Notes: a model not told the origin generated them from the letters alone. DNA of 64,000 nt from Geosiphon pyriformis uo1 (GCA_016748015.1 JAAOMT010000135.1:558001-622000); one strand, 5' to 3'; shown: positions 25,056 through 39,308, counted from the first letter of the stretch. Made by a program: numbers and translations.

Positions 25056-25789
25056 ACTAATGAACGATCAAAAATGTAATTAACTACCCAGTGAAACTCT
25101 TAACTGGACTTAATAGTGTTTATATAAATAGAATATTTTATAACAGATAATGTATATAGCGCTTGATTTGAAACTTTGAATCTGATACTTTACGTCGATG
25201 TAATTACTTGTGACTATTATCTTTGACACCCAATTTTATTGGCAAATTTTTCAAATCCATTTGCAGTTTATTCAATTTGTTATTCTTGAAAAATTATTAT
25301 TCCATACAAACAATAAAAAATATGAAATAACTTCATCATTACAATGTTTAATCATGAACATCAATATATTGAAGTTGCATACAAATAATAAAAAGCCAAT
25401 TGCATTAAAATATATCATGCACACAAAACATTGAAAAAATGAAATTTATGAACATTAATGGTTTAGATTTTGCATAAAAATTTGATTAATTGTAATAAAA
25501 CATATGTATATTTTTGAGTGATTTTTTATTTATAATATTTTAAAATTGTAAAATCACAAAATTATTAGCTTCAATTCAATTATTTGTATTAAGTTAATTT
25601 AAATTAGTTTATTTTTTTATTAATGTAAAAATTTTAATAATATATTCAAAAAGTTTATTTGTTTTTACTTTAATATTTAATATTATTTATATTATAATTG
25701 TAATTTTATATATGTTTATAATTCTTAAATCATATAAATAAAAAGAAATTTTAATGAATACTAAGTTAAAAAAATCTTAAAATTTTTTT

Positions 25790-27330
25790 TAATTGAATTT
25801 TTTTGTTTATAATAGATTTAATGTTTTTTATAAAGATAATTTTTCAGTTTTAAAAAAATTTTCAACTTCTTATTTTTGTAGTAAAATTAATAATAAAAAA
25901 TGTTTTAAAGAATTAAAAATTATAATTAATTTAAAAAATATACAAAAAATTATAATTTTGTTAAATAATATTATTTAAGAAATAGTTTAATTAAATTTAA
26001 GATATATAAACATTTTATTAGATTTTTTGATCATATTTACAATAATAAAATAAACATAATTATGATAAATTTTAGTTTAATAAATAATTATAAAATACAT
26101 AACAACTTGAATTAAAAAAAAATTTCTTTACTGTTTTAAAAAAATTTTTATAATTTTTTTTGTATAAATTAAGAAAAATAAAAATTTGTATAAATACAAA
26201 ATAAATATTAAATTTATTATTAGAATTAGTAAACTTAAAATTAAGACTAATTTAATTTTTTATTTAATTATTAATATATTTATTAATAATATAATTTAAA
26301 TTAAAATAGTCAAATATTTATTTAATATATTTTGAATATTATTAACAAATTTTTTAAGACCAACAATATTTTAATTAATAATAATAAAATTATAATTGTT
26401 TTTATTAATTAATAAATTAAAAAAGTATTTTTATTATTAAAAAAAATTACACAAATATTTTGAAATTTTTTTGTTAATTAAAAGCTTATTTAAGTATAAT
26501 TTAAAAAATATATATTTAAATATAAATTTTTTTGCTAATTTGGTTTTAAAAAACACTATTTTAAACAAACAACTTATTTATTTAATTTTAATAATTTTAT
26601 AGTTTATAATTAATTATAAAATTTAATTTAATTTTGTATTAAAAATATATATAAAAAATAAAATATGTTTATTAATAAAAGTTTATTTATATTATTTTTA
26701 TTGTATTATTAGTGTTTATTTAAATTTAATTGTTTTAAAATAGTTAAAATCAGTTTAAAAAAAACTTTTTAAATAAAATTTTTGGTTTTTATAAATAGAT
26801 ATATTAAGAATTTAAGCTTATTAAATATTATTAATAAGATATTAACTTATTTTTCGAATTTAAGTTTAAGCAATAATATAAATATTTATAATTTAATGTT
26901 GTTAATTTTGGTTAAATTATATGTAATTGCTTTGACATTAAATATATTCTGGTTTTTAGTATTATAATTATTAATTTAAACAATTAAGTATTTATAAATA
27001 TATATATATATTTCATTTAATTTTGATTTTTGCAATTATTATTAAATAAAAAAATAATATGTTTATAAAATTATTTATAATAAAAGTTAAATATTAGATA
27101 AATTAAATATATAAATTTAAAAAAAATCTATAGTTAAATTTACCAATTTTTTGGTTTTAATATTATTTTTTAAATAATTTTTTTAATAATTATTATTGAA
27201 AATAAGACTTTTACTACCATTTTTTTATTTGATATTAATAAAGCTATTTTTAACCAATATAAGCTAATTAATATAATATATACTAATATTAAAGTTAATT
27301 AATAAAATATTAAACTAATTTTTAATAATA
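25790..27330 (+). mobile_element. Extremely decayed LINE relic (RT to RNase H)
   Basis: FYKDNFSVLKKFST corresponds to LCGDNFSVLKGTST; VFINRYIKNLS..TYFSNLSL..ILVKLYVIALTL corresponds to VYTDGSVKNFG..AYFSDLSL..TLAEMQAIALAL of LINE-C, mainly via C>T/G>A changes. Confidence 0.75.
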
Positions 27331-27514
27331 AATTTATAACTTTTTTTTGTTAATTCCCTAGTCACAATGAGAGTGAGATATTGCCAAAGAAAAAAAATTT
27401 TTTCTACTCTCTTTTCCCTTTATATTCTCAACTATTTCTTCAAATGTACCTTTATTTATAAACATAAAACTGGTAAGTCCTGCTGCTAGTGGTTTTAGAT
27501 CTACTTCTGCTGGT

Positions 27515-29418
27515 TTGGAGACCTGGCCTGATGCAAAAAAAAAGAGAGTTAATAGTGTATACTCTCATAGTGCATCTTACAAAAAGCCTAAGAATCCTAA
27601 AGTTAGTATTGGTGTGATTGACTTGTCTGCTGGCTCATTGAACATGGCCAATATTGGTGATGTTGGCAGTAAGTTTTCAAAATCTTGGAGCAGTAAAATA
27701 GAAAGCAAAGTAAGTAGCATAAGCAGCCTATTAGACTTAAAGAACATAAAAAATACCATCACTAAGGAAACTAGTTATGCTAACTTGGACACTTCTGTAA
27801 ACATTGACATAGAAGATGATATCACACCCAGGAAAATGCACACTTGCATTTATGTATTAAGTCAACTCCCAAAGACTTCTTTGTTCAACATATTAAGTGA
27901 TAATGAGGATTTGATGACTCTTCCGTCTCCTAAGTTTGCAGGCTTCAAAAAATTGCACTCTGTTAGATCACGTGTATTGGATAAGCATATTTTTGATCCA
28001 GTTAAGTCATTTGTATTAGATATTAAGATTTTTGTCTTGTCTGACAAGACCATTGATGACAAATTAATTGCTATAAAAAAAATGTTTTATTGAGTCAATG
28101 GTTTTGAAAAGAGCATCTGCTCCTTCAAAATTCTCTAACATCATTAGATCTTCTTTTACTTCTGAATTAAGTTTAATTAAAGCCAAGGAAATGGCTATCA
28201 GTGAGAAAATTTTGGTAAATATTAATGTTAGAAAACCAAATAGCCATTCAGATTGGGAAGTGATAGTCAAGGAGATTCTAATAGATCTTCCCAAATTGGC
28301 AATTGGGTCAGTATTTTCTAAATTTAGTAAGATGGTTTTGATTAAGATGCAACTGATTGGGCTTTGACAAAAGACTGTAATGGAATTTGAGTCATTAGAT
28401 ATGGCTAGCTCAATTGTTTTCAAATAGTCAGTTCTTGTGGGTAAAAATTCTGTTCATGTTGTATTGGCTGTAAATAACAAAGAGTCATGAGTAGTCAAAA
28501 ATTATCATCAGGTGTTGTTGTATACTTTGCCAATAAGCATTACTGCTCATAATTTATCAGATTTGTTGGATTCATATGGTGGGAAAACTTGCTTCATTGG
28601 TCATAATCTTGTTTTATATGTTTATAATAAATGTGTAGTAATTTGTTTTGATAACGAGACATCTAAATTGGCTGCCATTGATTCTGTTTTAGTCTATAAG
28701 AGTGTAAATTTACATTGGGCTGGTCTTTCTCTGATTTGTTATGCCAAGTGTAAACAATTTGGTTATGTTTCTGATGTGTGTTTGGTTGGTAAGAATTCTG
28801 GAGTTCATTATAAGTGGGTGGTTTCTTCTCAGGATTAGGTCTGTCTGGCTAATATTTATAAGAAGAAGCAAGTTTCAGTTGTCCATTCGGTATCTTTTGG
28901 TGGTAAAACTTGGGCTCAAATTGCAGATAACTCACCCTTTCATGTGGCTTCATTAGTTTCTTCTGGTGCTGGTTTGACTTTAAATGCAAAACTTTTGATA
29001 ATGGCTTCCAACTTTCTTAATAATTCTGGTTTGACTGACTGCATGGCTTTTTTGAAATGCTCCATGGAGCTTCTATCAGATCAAGTTTCTGAAATTTTGA
29101 GAAAATTAAGCTTTGTGGAATTGGTGCCAATGTTATTTTTATCTTGCATCCCCTTCTGTTGTTACTTTTTTTATGAACTCAGCTTTGAGTTTGAATATGG
29201 TTGTGGATAGCATGGTGGTGCTTTCTTCTTTTTCTCTTTTAGTGATTGAAAATGCTACCCTTAAACTAAGTTTGAGCAGCTCAAAGATTCTCACTACCAA
29301 GGTGGGTGGTTTAAAATCAAAAATGATGGCTTTGGAAGTTTCAGTTGGTTTGGTTTTGGTAAAATTGAATTCTTTATGTTCTAGTTTGGGTTTGTCAGCT
29401 CCTTTTCTATCTCAATGA
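27515..29418 (+). pseudogene. LINE-B ORF1 (Gag-like nucleic-acid-binding protein), disrupted
   Basis: Colinear with LINE-C ORF1; decayed knuckle CYAKCKQFGYVSDVC; ends CAA TGA. Confidence 0.8.
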
Positions 29419-32400
29419 TTGATTAATTTGGAAAATTGCTACATGCAATGTTAGAGGAATAAATAATCCTGTGAAGCAGAGTAATATAATTTGTTGGCAT
29501 AAAGAAATAAACAATTTGATTTTCATTGTTACTGAGACAAAATTAAAAGATAAAGTTTGTCCATGGATCATGAACAGATTTGATGGTATCTATGTTTTCA
29601 CTTCTGGGATAGATTCTGGTTACTTGAGTTCAGACATAGCTATTATTATAGACAATTCTTTGGCCTGTCATGTGTGCAAAGTTTCTGAAGTGCCTGGTCA
29701 GATCCTTTGTGTCAAGTTGTTTTTTAAGAATAAACTTTCTGTGTTAATTTTGGGGCTGTATGCTGGTGCTTCTTTAGTGGTTTGGTTTTCTCAGACTGTA
29801 AACAAGTCTTCTTTTGTCATTCTTGGCAGTGACTTTAATAAAAATAAATCTTGTAAATGTGCCAGTTTTAAGAAGTACTTTGATTTGGGTCTGGTCAACT
29901 CTTTGGCTGAAAGTGCATTTGCCAAGATACTTACATGGTGTAATTCTCATGGAGTTGTTAAGACAATTAATTATGTGTTTGTTTCTTTGAATTTGGTCAA
30001 TGTAATAGGAAATCATAATGTGGTTGGTGTTGTGGATTATTTTGATACTAATTATGCGGCTGTTTCTATTTCTGTGAGTCTGGGTGGTTTGTTGGATGTT
30101 CAGCTGTCCTCACTGTACAAGCAGGCAAACAAAGATTGTTGGAAGTATAACATCAAGAGTGCTGATAGAAGAAAGTGGTGTGAGTTTAGAAATGCCACAG
30201 CTGTTAATACTACTATGTTTTCAAGTAAATTTGTGATGGCTGAGAGGTCTTCGGATTTGGATGCAATGTGAAACATTGTTTGTGGAGTCATGGTTTCCTC
30301 AGCTGATAGGACATTTAAGAGAAAATGGTTCAAAAGTTATAACAGAGTTTTTACCAAGGTGTCTTTTAAATTTCATAAACTAGAGTTGCTGGTATCCAGG
30401 TTGGTAAAAGCTTCTTGTTTGGTTTTAAGTAATGATTTTGTTTCATTGTTGGGTACATGAGACAGACTTGACTCTAGTGGTGCAGCAGAAGTGAAATCTC
30501 TTTTTTTTTTAGGTTCTACTTTTGATGCTATTTGTTTTGGGTTGGTTAAAGCAAGAAAGTTTTACCATTCTTCCAAGTTACTGGAATTCAAGCATGCTGA
30601 AGAATTTCTTATCAAGTGGGCCATTACCAGTAAAATAGAAAGTTTTGAATTAAATAAAGATCATATCATTAGAAGTGTGTTAGAGCATTCTTTTTGTAAG
30701 GTTGTATTGGATCATTTAGTTGTAGGTGATGAGTTGGTTTTGGAGCCTGATTTGGTTAGGTCTAGAGTGGATGAAATTATGAAAAATTGGACCAGAAAAC
30801 ATGGGATAGTGTCCGATATCTCTGATAATTGAACTTGCCAATATTAGTCTTTGGATTATGTTTTCAATGGTGCATTTTCCAGTGTAATGTGTTCAATTAA
30901 TTCTGATGAATTGTTTGCTGTGGTTTCAGATCTGCTTGATGGAAAAGTGGCTGGGCTTTCTGGCATCTCTAATAAATTGTGAAAACACTGTGACAACTTA
31001 GTCTTGGCTATGCTTTCTGTGCTCTTGAATCTGTGTCTGATTTGTGAATTAGTATTTGGGTCTTGGAAAAAAGCTTGGGTTTCAATAATTCTTAAGCTAT
31101 ATGAATGGGAAGATGTTCTTACAAATACTTGTTCTATTGTTTTGATCAAAATGGCTTGCAAAATTCTTTTCAAGATACTTTCAGACAGGATTTTTTTAGC
31201 TTGCAGTATTTATGATGTTTTACATGGAAACAATTTCTCTGTGTTAAAAGGTATGACAATGCAATCACCTATTTTTGCCATCAGTTCAGTGATAGAGGAT
31301 GTATTGAAGAAGAACCAAGAACTGTGACTGGTTTTGCAAAACATACATAAGGCCTATGACTCTGTTGGTTAGAAATATCTTAGGAGGAGTTTGGTTAGAA
31401 TCAAAATATGCAACAGGTTTGTTAGATTTTTTGGTAATATTTACAATGGTCGAATTAACAAAGTGATGACAAACTTTGGCTTAACTGATGGGTATCATGT
31501 TCATAATAATTTGGACCAAAGAAAGGTGTTTTGCCTCTTTTTTGGCACATATTTTATGACTTGCTTCTGTGTAAAGTCAAAAGACAGAAGAGTATGTATG
31601 GTTACAGATTAAACTCTCATTTTGTTTTCAAGTCTGGCTGGATGGAATCTCAGACTGGATTGACATCATTTTTTGCTGCTGGTGCTTTTGTTGATAATAC
31701 AATTTGAGTTGGTAGTAGTCAGACTGCTACACAACACATCTTCAATGTTGCTAGTGAATTCTTTAAGTTTAATAATATTTCCATAAATAATGACAAAACT
31801 GTGGTCATCCCCATTAACTGTTGAGTTTCAAACTCTTATCTGACTGTTAGTGGTTTGCCTATTTCTGTCGCCAAAAAGAAGGAACCTCATCATTATTTGG
31901 GTATTTTTTTGTCCTCTGAGGGTCTGTCAAAACTTAGCCTGGCTAAAACATATTCGGATGTTCAATTTTTCATCAATCTTGTTCTAAGAAAAATGATTTT
32001 AGATAAACAGTTTGCATATTTGGTGTCAGCAGTCTTTTTCTCTATTGTCAATTACAGGACCCAATTCAGTTTTGTTCCTATTAGTGTTTGTAATAAATGG
32101 GATGCTATGATTCACAGGGGCTTGAAGTTTAGGTCTGGTCTTCCACATGATTTCCTTATTGATACAGTCTATCATCTTTCCTTGTATGATTTAAAAACTT
32201 TTAAACAAATTCAGGCTGAGAGCAAATTGGCTTCCATTATTTCTTTTGCAAATTTATTGGGTATTTTGGGTTGGTTATTTTCTTACAGATCTCATGATTT
32301 TTAAATTTTTAGCTGGTGTTCTTGCCACCCTCTCCAATTTCTGGCTTGTGTTAGAGTCAACTCTTCAAACAATTTTTTGGCTGGTATGGTCTGTATTTTT

Positions 32401-34065
32401 TCTGGATGTGATTTGTCCTTAAGTGGTTCTCCAGCCAGTGTGTTTCATTATCAGGGTGGTACTTCTATGTCTCTTGTTCTTGGTGGGCTTAATTATTTTA
32501 AGTATGTTTTTTCTCTTTGGCAGTATGGAGTTGCTTTTGTAAATCAGCTGTATGACAAGCATGATAATGTTCTTGGTTGGCCAACTTTCAAGCAGTGAAA
32601 GTAACTGAACTTTCATGGTCCTGTTCCTATCTAGTTTGAGTTTTTTGTTCATTTTCTTGGTGGTAGGACTTCTCTTTTTGTTTGTTCTCCACTTCTGAAT
32701 GTCTTTTCTGATGTTTTTTGGTCTCATAATTTTGGTGTTATTGAAGTCAATTTGTTATATGTTAATGCTGCTTGTCTTTCTGTGTACATGAATAGGTCTC
32801 TGAACAGTCTGAAAACTCCTGATGTGATGGCTGGTGCTGCTGTTTTTTTTGAGGACATTGATTTGGGTCTGGGTGTTAGAGTCTCTGGTTTGGTCTCTTC
32901 TACAATAGCAGAGTTGCAGGCCATTGCTCTGGCTCTCAAGTGTATTTTTTTTTTCTGTTCTGTTAACTTGTTTTCAGACAGCCAAGCTGCTCTGGATGCA
33001 TGCAAGTCGGAGCTTGTGTTAGCTTGTCCGAATTTCAGAAATCAGTGTTGGGTTGAGCATTACTATATTGTTAATGTCATTTGCCACAAGAATTTGGATG
33101 TAAATTGGATTAAAGTTAAAGGTCATTCTGGTGTCTCTGGCAATGAGCATGCTGATGCTTTAGCTAGGACTGCTGTTTTCTCTGATAGGTGCCTACCTCA
33201 TATGATCAGCAAACAATTTTTTTAAGCTGATGGTGTAACAGTTTTTGGTAATTCTTAACATTTTGTTCATAATATTTTCTGATCTATTCACCATATATGT
33301 TGGGAGATTGGTTCTGGTTTTCATATTCTGATGGATAGCCTGTATGCTGATATAGATTAATCCAGATCTTTGTTGGTGTGGCATCCTGACTCTCACTTGG
33401 CTGTTGGTTTTACCAATGCATACACTGCTGGCTTTTGTTTATATTTTATGAAGGCATTATATTATTGTCTACCTATTACAGTATGTAAGCAACTTTATAA
33501 TAAGTGTTACTTTAATGTGGTGTGTTTGTTTTGTGGAGATGTTGAGGTCTTGTACCATGTTTTTTCTTGCTCTTTTGATGCTGCTGGTCATGCCCAGTTG
33601 ATAAAAGCTTATGTGTTTACTTGGGAAACATGCTCAGGTTTATTTCGCTCTTTTTCTTGTGTCTTGCAGTTATTATATATTTGTGTTTTCAATGTTGTTA
33701 TTGGTACAGCTCTGTATAAAGACTTTGTTTTCAAGGATTGGTATCGTGAATTTGTTTCCATTTTTAAAGACCCTAAAGTTGCAGCTCAGAATATTGTTTC
33801 TTTTGTGTGCAAATTCTGTCTTGCTTTTGAGGATAATATTTGGCTGGTGCATATCAAACACTGGGCTATTATGGAGAAAGGTGGCTTGATCTCACAGAAT
33901 GGTTCTGCTTCTGTTCCAGTTTCTGGTCTTCCAGTGGTGCTCTTGGCTGGTATGATTAGGTTATTGGATATTGCTGATGTGTTTGGTATTAGTTTTGAAT
34001 TTTGTAAGTTTTGTTAGTTTTTTTCAGGTATTGAGGACATAGTCTCTGTTCATATAAGTGTCTAG
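29415..34065 (+). pseudogene. LINE-B ORF2 (APE endonuclease, RT, RNase H, C-terminal Cys/His), disrupted
   Basis: WKIATCNVRG, TETKL, GSDFN, KAYDSV, AFVDNT, YLGIF, AELQAI, FSDSQA, VKGHSG..GNEHADALA, CLFC..HVFSC. Confidence 0.9.
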
Positions 34066-34465
34066 TGTTGTTTTAATTAGCCTGAGTGGCTGGTCATGTG
34101 TAGCAAATGCATGATTTACACCTAGTTTAGATTATTAATGTAATATATAATACTAGGCTGCATTTGGACTTCACTTATTAAATGATAAAAAAAAAAATTT
34201 TATTAATAATAATATTATTAAGTTGTTTATAAACCAATAAAATTATTAAGTTAATTAAGCTGTTAATATTTAAATAATTATAGTTAATAAAACCACAAAA
34301 TATTTATTAAAAAATTAATAGAATTATTATTTTTATTAAAGTTTTTATTATAAAAATTATTTAATATTAACTCTTAATTAAAAATAATTGGCTAACAAAA
34401 ATCAATATTATTTTTAATTAAAACATTTAAAAATTTTAATTTATATTTAATTTTAATATATTTGA

Positions 34466-34466
<1 letters not shown>

Positions 34467-34510
<44 letters not shown>
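34467..34510. repeat. (TTA)n microsatellite, the (TAA)n 3' tail of minus-strand LINE-D
   Basis: About 14 units, directly adjoining a decayed copy of the LINE 3' end. Confidence 0.85.
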
Positions 34511-34768
34511 TTTTATTATATTTAATAAATAAAATTCAAACACTACTTAATATAATATATTAAACTAAATGTAAATTATGTATTTATTTATATATAACCA
34601 ACTATTTAAACCAATAAAAACAACACTATATATCTATATATACAGAAATTATGTCTTTAATATCAAAAAAAAACAAACAAAATTTATATATACTAAAATT
34701 AACTTCAAAAGTCTTAGCAATTCTAAATAGCTTTATTATACTATCAGATAGTACAGAAAACAAACCAG

Positions 34769-35723
34769 TATTACCAGTAGAATTTTAGTTATTAATTAGC
34801 ATGAAATTACCCTTCTAATTTCTAACATTAATTAGTATATATTATTATCATTTTAATTATTACTTATTAGTTAAATCAAATTATCAAATATTATTATTTA
34901 ATTAATAACCTGATTTGTACTATAGAAATTAAAATAATTAAATTACACAATATCTTGAACTATTTAATATTCAAAAATTCGCCGAAATTAATAGAAATTA
35001 GCTAAAATAATCAATAGTTTGTAGAAATAATTTGTAGTTTGCCGAAATGTATTTTTAGTTTGCTGAAATTATAGCAAAGGAAAAAATGCAAATTCAAAGA
35101 CTAGTACTATAACAAGTTGTATAAAAAAAGAGCTTTTCTTTTCAAAAAAATGTATCTTATCTTTTATCAGATATCTTAGTTAGAAACAATTATCCCTTAC
35201 ACATCTTTACAAATCAAATAAAATAAATATTCAAAAAATTGAATTCTTAATTATTTATTTAAAATTTACAAAATCCAACTAACGTTTTAAAATTGATTAA
35301 CTACTAATTTCAATAATCTATTAGTGATTTCAGGCCTGGATAAGGAACATTTCCCTTGATAAAATTCTATTTTTTTTACATTTCCTTTATTTTTTTTTAT
35401 TTTTTTTATTATAATTATTAGGATAGCCTACATACAAGATTTCTGTAAAAAAGTTGACTTTTACAGCAAAGTAACTACACATTTTTAGTGAACTTCCAGA
35501 TGAGCAATTTTTGAGAAAGAGTTAACATTTACTACAATGTAATTACATAAAATAACTGGCACAGAATTGATTATTCTACTTATAAGCCCAGCAGTTCAAA
35601 TTATAAAAAATAATTTAAAGATAAATTCAGTTATTAAAGGTTTACTAGTTTCCAAAAAACGTGAATTTACAACAAACAGACATTAACAACATTAAAAAAA
35701 AAGACCAAAAACCTCTAGTAACA
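34769..35723 (+). repeat. Solo LTR related to the Gypsy-3 LTR
   Basis: Reverse complement of the Gypsy-3 LTR (ends AGACCAAAAACCTCTAGTAACA); flanks CCAG/CTAA fit a decayed 4-bp TSD. Confidence 0.85.
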
Positions 35724-38251
35724 CTAACAACAACTATAAAAATAGTTTTATTATGTAAAATAAAACCACTTTTTTTTATAAAAATCTGATACTTAGAACA
35801 AACAAGCCAAATATTATTTTTATAGACCAATTCAAAACTACAAATAAAATTCACAATTATATTACTAACAATTTTAACATTCTTAAAAATCAAAAAACTC
35901 TTAAAACCAGTTTTTAAAAACAAATTTCTTATACAAAGCTAAATATATTAAAATATTAAAAAAGCATAAAAAAGGTAATTATAAAATACATAAAAAAAAT
36001 TTGAACAAATTTAAAGATTTTTTCCAAATAATAACATAAAAATTTAAAAGTTTTTTGTATGTTTTACTATTTAATTTATAAGAAAAACATAATTCAAAAA
36101 CTCAACATTCTCATAAAACAAACACAAAACATTATAATATTATTTATTATATAGATGTTTACAAATAGTTACAAACTATTTATAATATAAAGCTTTTATA
36201 AAATAAGAATATATTTTGATCATAAATTTTGTTAACATATAAAAATTAGAGTATTATACAAACAAAAACTTAACTTAGTTTATATTTTTAAACAAGTTAG
36301 CATTTAAGACATAAACATCAAATTTGATTTTTCAATAAACATAATAAATTACTTTATTATCCTATAAGCAAAGTGTTTTGTATTTTCAAAAAAATCTTAT
36401 TATCAGCTTTAATAAAATGTTTTTGTACATAAACTAAAAACACCATATTTAAGAACAAGACAATACTAATTAGAACATTAGTTTTTAATTGTTTAAAATA
36501 TCAGAATAGTCTTTAATTTTATACTAATTGACATTCAAATTTTTTTTTCTTATAATATTTATAATATGTTAATATTTAATCTAGCAGCAATTATAAAAAT
36601 CTGGCAAAACCAAAACCAACTTCAAATAATATGTATTTAGTATTATTTGGCTGTTAAAAAACAACTTAATTATACAGAAAAAGAAAACATATTCTAAAGC
36701 AAGAGCTATAACCTACAATTTAACCAAAGTAAAAAACATTAGCCCAAATATTCTAATATTTAAATTCAAATTTATATTCTCAAAAAAAACTACAACATCA
36801 GCTTTTATTTCAATAGTACTTAAATTGTTAAAAAACTATCTGTATATACAAAAAAACAAGTTATGTTAGTATTCAAAAGCCAATTATAACTCATACTAAA
36901 TCTATATAAATTATGCATATTTAAAGACTGAGATCTAACAATTAAAAACAAATTAAAAAAGCAAAAAACTGATTTATTTAAAAATCTGACTGCAAATTTA
37001 AACCAATAAGAAACAAAACTTTAAAAGTTTAGCTTTTTCTAATATTTGAAAATTTCCTAATTAAAAACATCATTTTTTTTTATTAAACAACTGTTTAACA
37101 AAAACTATATTAAACTGTTTAAAAAAACATAATACTCTAAAAAAAACAGAATTATCCAAGACAATTAATATTAAAATTCTATTTTGAAAGTAAAAAACTA
37201 AACACAAAAAATTATTCAAAAACAGATTATAATTATAAAGAATACAAATCATACCAGCCAAAAAGTTGTTTAATTAACTAATCTTAAAACATATCAAAAA
37301 ACATAAAAAATAACAGAACAATTAGTTTAAAACCTACAAATTATGAGATTTATAAGTAAACAAACAATTTAAAACACTATATATATTTAAAAAACTTAGT
37401 ATAAATACTAATTTATTCTTAATTTATATTTGTTTAAAAATCTTTAAGTTATATAGAAAAAAATAATAAATTGTATTATTTAAAAAATTCAAAGACAAGC
37501 AAAATTTAGATTTTAGGTTTTTATAGATTATAGTATTTTATTTATTTTATACTTTATTAAAAATAAAACTAAATTAAGTCTTATAATTAATAATAAGATA
37601 AAATATTATTGAGATTAAATATAAAAACTATTTGTTAAATATAGTCTTTTTTAGAACTTTGTTAGCAAAAAATTTAATATTTAAATGAATCTTAACTAAA
37701 CTAAGCTTTAATAAGTTGTTTATTAAAAAAAAAATACCCAAATATATGTGAAATTTTTTATTTTTAATTATTGAAATTAGTAAACTATTGGTCAACAAAA
37801 AAAAATTTACAACTCTATAGTTTATTAAAATGATTACTATTTTGTTATTATTAATTAAAATATTATTGATCCAAAAAAACTTACTTGTAATATTTAAAAT
37901 ATATTAAATTGTAGCTTAATTATTATTTATTTAAATAGTATTATTATTAACAAATATATTAATAACAAAAAAATATATAAAACCAGTCTAACTTTTTACA
38001 TTTCTTATTTTAGTCACAAATTTGAAATTAATCTTATATTCACATATATTTTTTTGCTTCTTAACTTTACATAAAAAAAATTGTAGAAAATATGCCAGAA
38101 AAAAAAAAGAATATCTTACTTTAATTTAAACTATTAAGTATTTAATATTCATTAATCAAGCCAAAATCAGACATAATATTATTAACTTAATTATTGTAAA
38201 TATTACCAAAAAACTTAACAAATTTGCCATATATTTTAATATAAATTAAAT

Positions 38252-39308
38252 TCAGGAGTTTCAGGCAATGAGCATGCTGATGCGTTGGTTAGAGATGCTG
38301 TTCTCTCTGCTTGGCATCTTCCCCACTTAGTCAATAAGAGATTTATTAAGGCTGGTGGTGATGCAGTTTCTGGTAATTCTAGACACTTTGTTTGTGATGT
38401 TTTTAGGTCAATCCATTGTGCACACTGGGAGATTGGTTCCAGTTCTCAGATTGTTCCAGCTAGTTTGCGTGCTAATATTGATTGGCTGAGGTCTTTGCTG
38501 GTTTGACCTGGACTCTCACTTGGCTTTGGGTTTTACTAGTGTGCAAACTGTTGGCTTTTGGATGTACTTTATGAAGGCTTTTCACCATCAGCTCCCTGTT
38601 GCTGTGCAGAAGCATTTATATGATAGGAGTTATCTCAGTGTGGTGTGTTTGTTTTGTGGTAATATTGAAGTCTTGGACCATATTTTTTCTTGTCCATTTG
38701 AGGCTGCTGGTCGTGCTTGGCTGTTGGAAAATTATGCATTGGCTTGAGAAGTGTGCTTTGGCTTGGTTCGGTCTTTTTCGTGTGTCTCACAGTTGCTGTC
38801 CACCTGTGTTGTTGATGCTGCAGTTGGTACAGCTTTGTGTAAGGGCTTTGTTTTCAGTGGTTGGTTTTGTGAATCAGTTTCGGTTTTTAAGGATTCCAAG
38901 ATTGCGACTTCAGTCATTGTGGATTTCATGCATGCATTCTGTCTCTCCTTTCGAAATGATATTTGGCTGGTCCATGCTAAACACTGGGCTTTCATGGAGA
39001 AGAATGGGCTCATCCCACATAACAGTTTTGTTCCAGTTTTGGTTTTTGGTTCTATCTTGTTGTTTTCTTCTGGTGTAGTCAGATTGTTGGGTATTGGTGA
39101 GGCTTTTGGTGTTGGTTTCAGGTTTTGCAGGTCTTGTTTGTTTTTTTCAGGTATTAATGGTGTGGTCTCCATTTATATAGGTGCTTAGTGTTGTTCTGGT
39201 TGGCCTGAATGGCTGGTCACATATAGAAAATACATGATTTGCTCCTAGTTTAGATCATTTGAATAATGTATAGTACTAGATTGCATTTGGACTTCACTCA
39301 TTAAACAT
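38252..39308 (+). mobile_element. LINE-E: 5'-truncated LINE (RNase H end, C-terminus, 3' UTR); its A-rich tail is displaced to 49151-49184 by Gypsy-3
   Basis: Starts abruptly at SGVSGNEHADAL; ORF2 end VSIYIGA*; 3' motif GGACTTCACTCATTAAAC. Confidence 0.9.

Larger units (their letters stand above)
27345..34197 (+). mobile_element. LINE-B: near full-length non-LTR retrotransposon (ORF1 + APE-RT-RNaseH-CCHC), decayed
   Basis: Complete domain order, 3' UTR and poly(A) at 34187-34197; 5' boundary approximate. Confidence 0.93.

Noticed and set aside
25210-26967. Short Ile/Asn/Lys/Phe-rich ORFs as host genes
   Set aside because: Composition reflects AT richness; two are decayed LINE ORF2 remnants, and the other has no motif support
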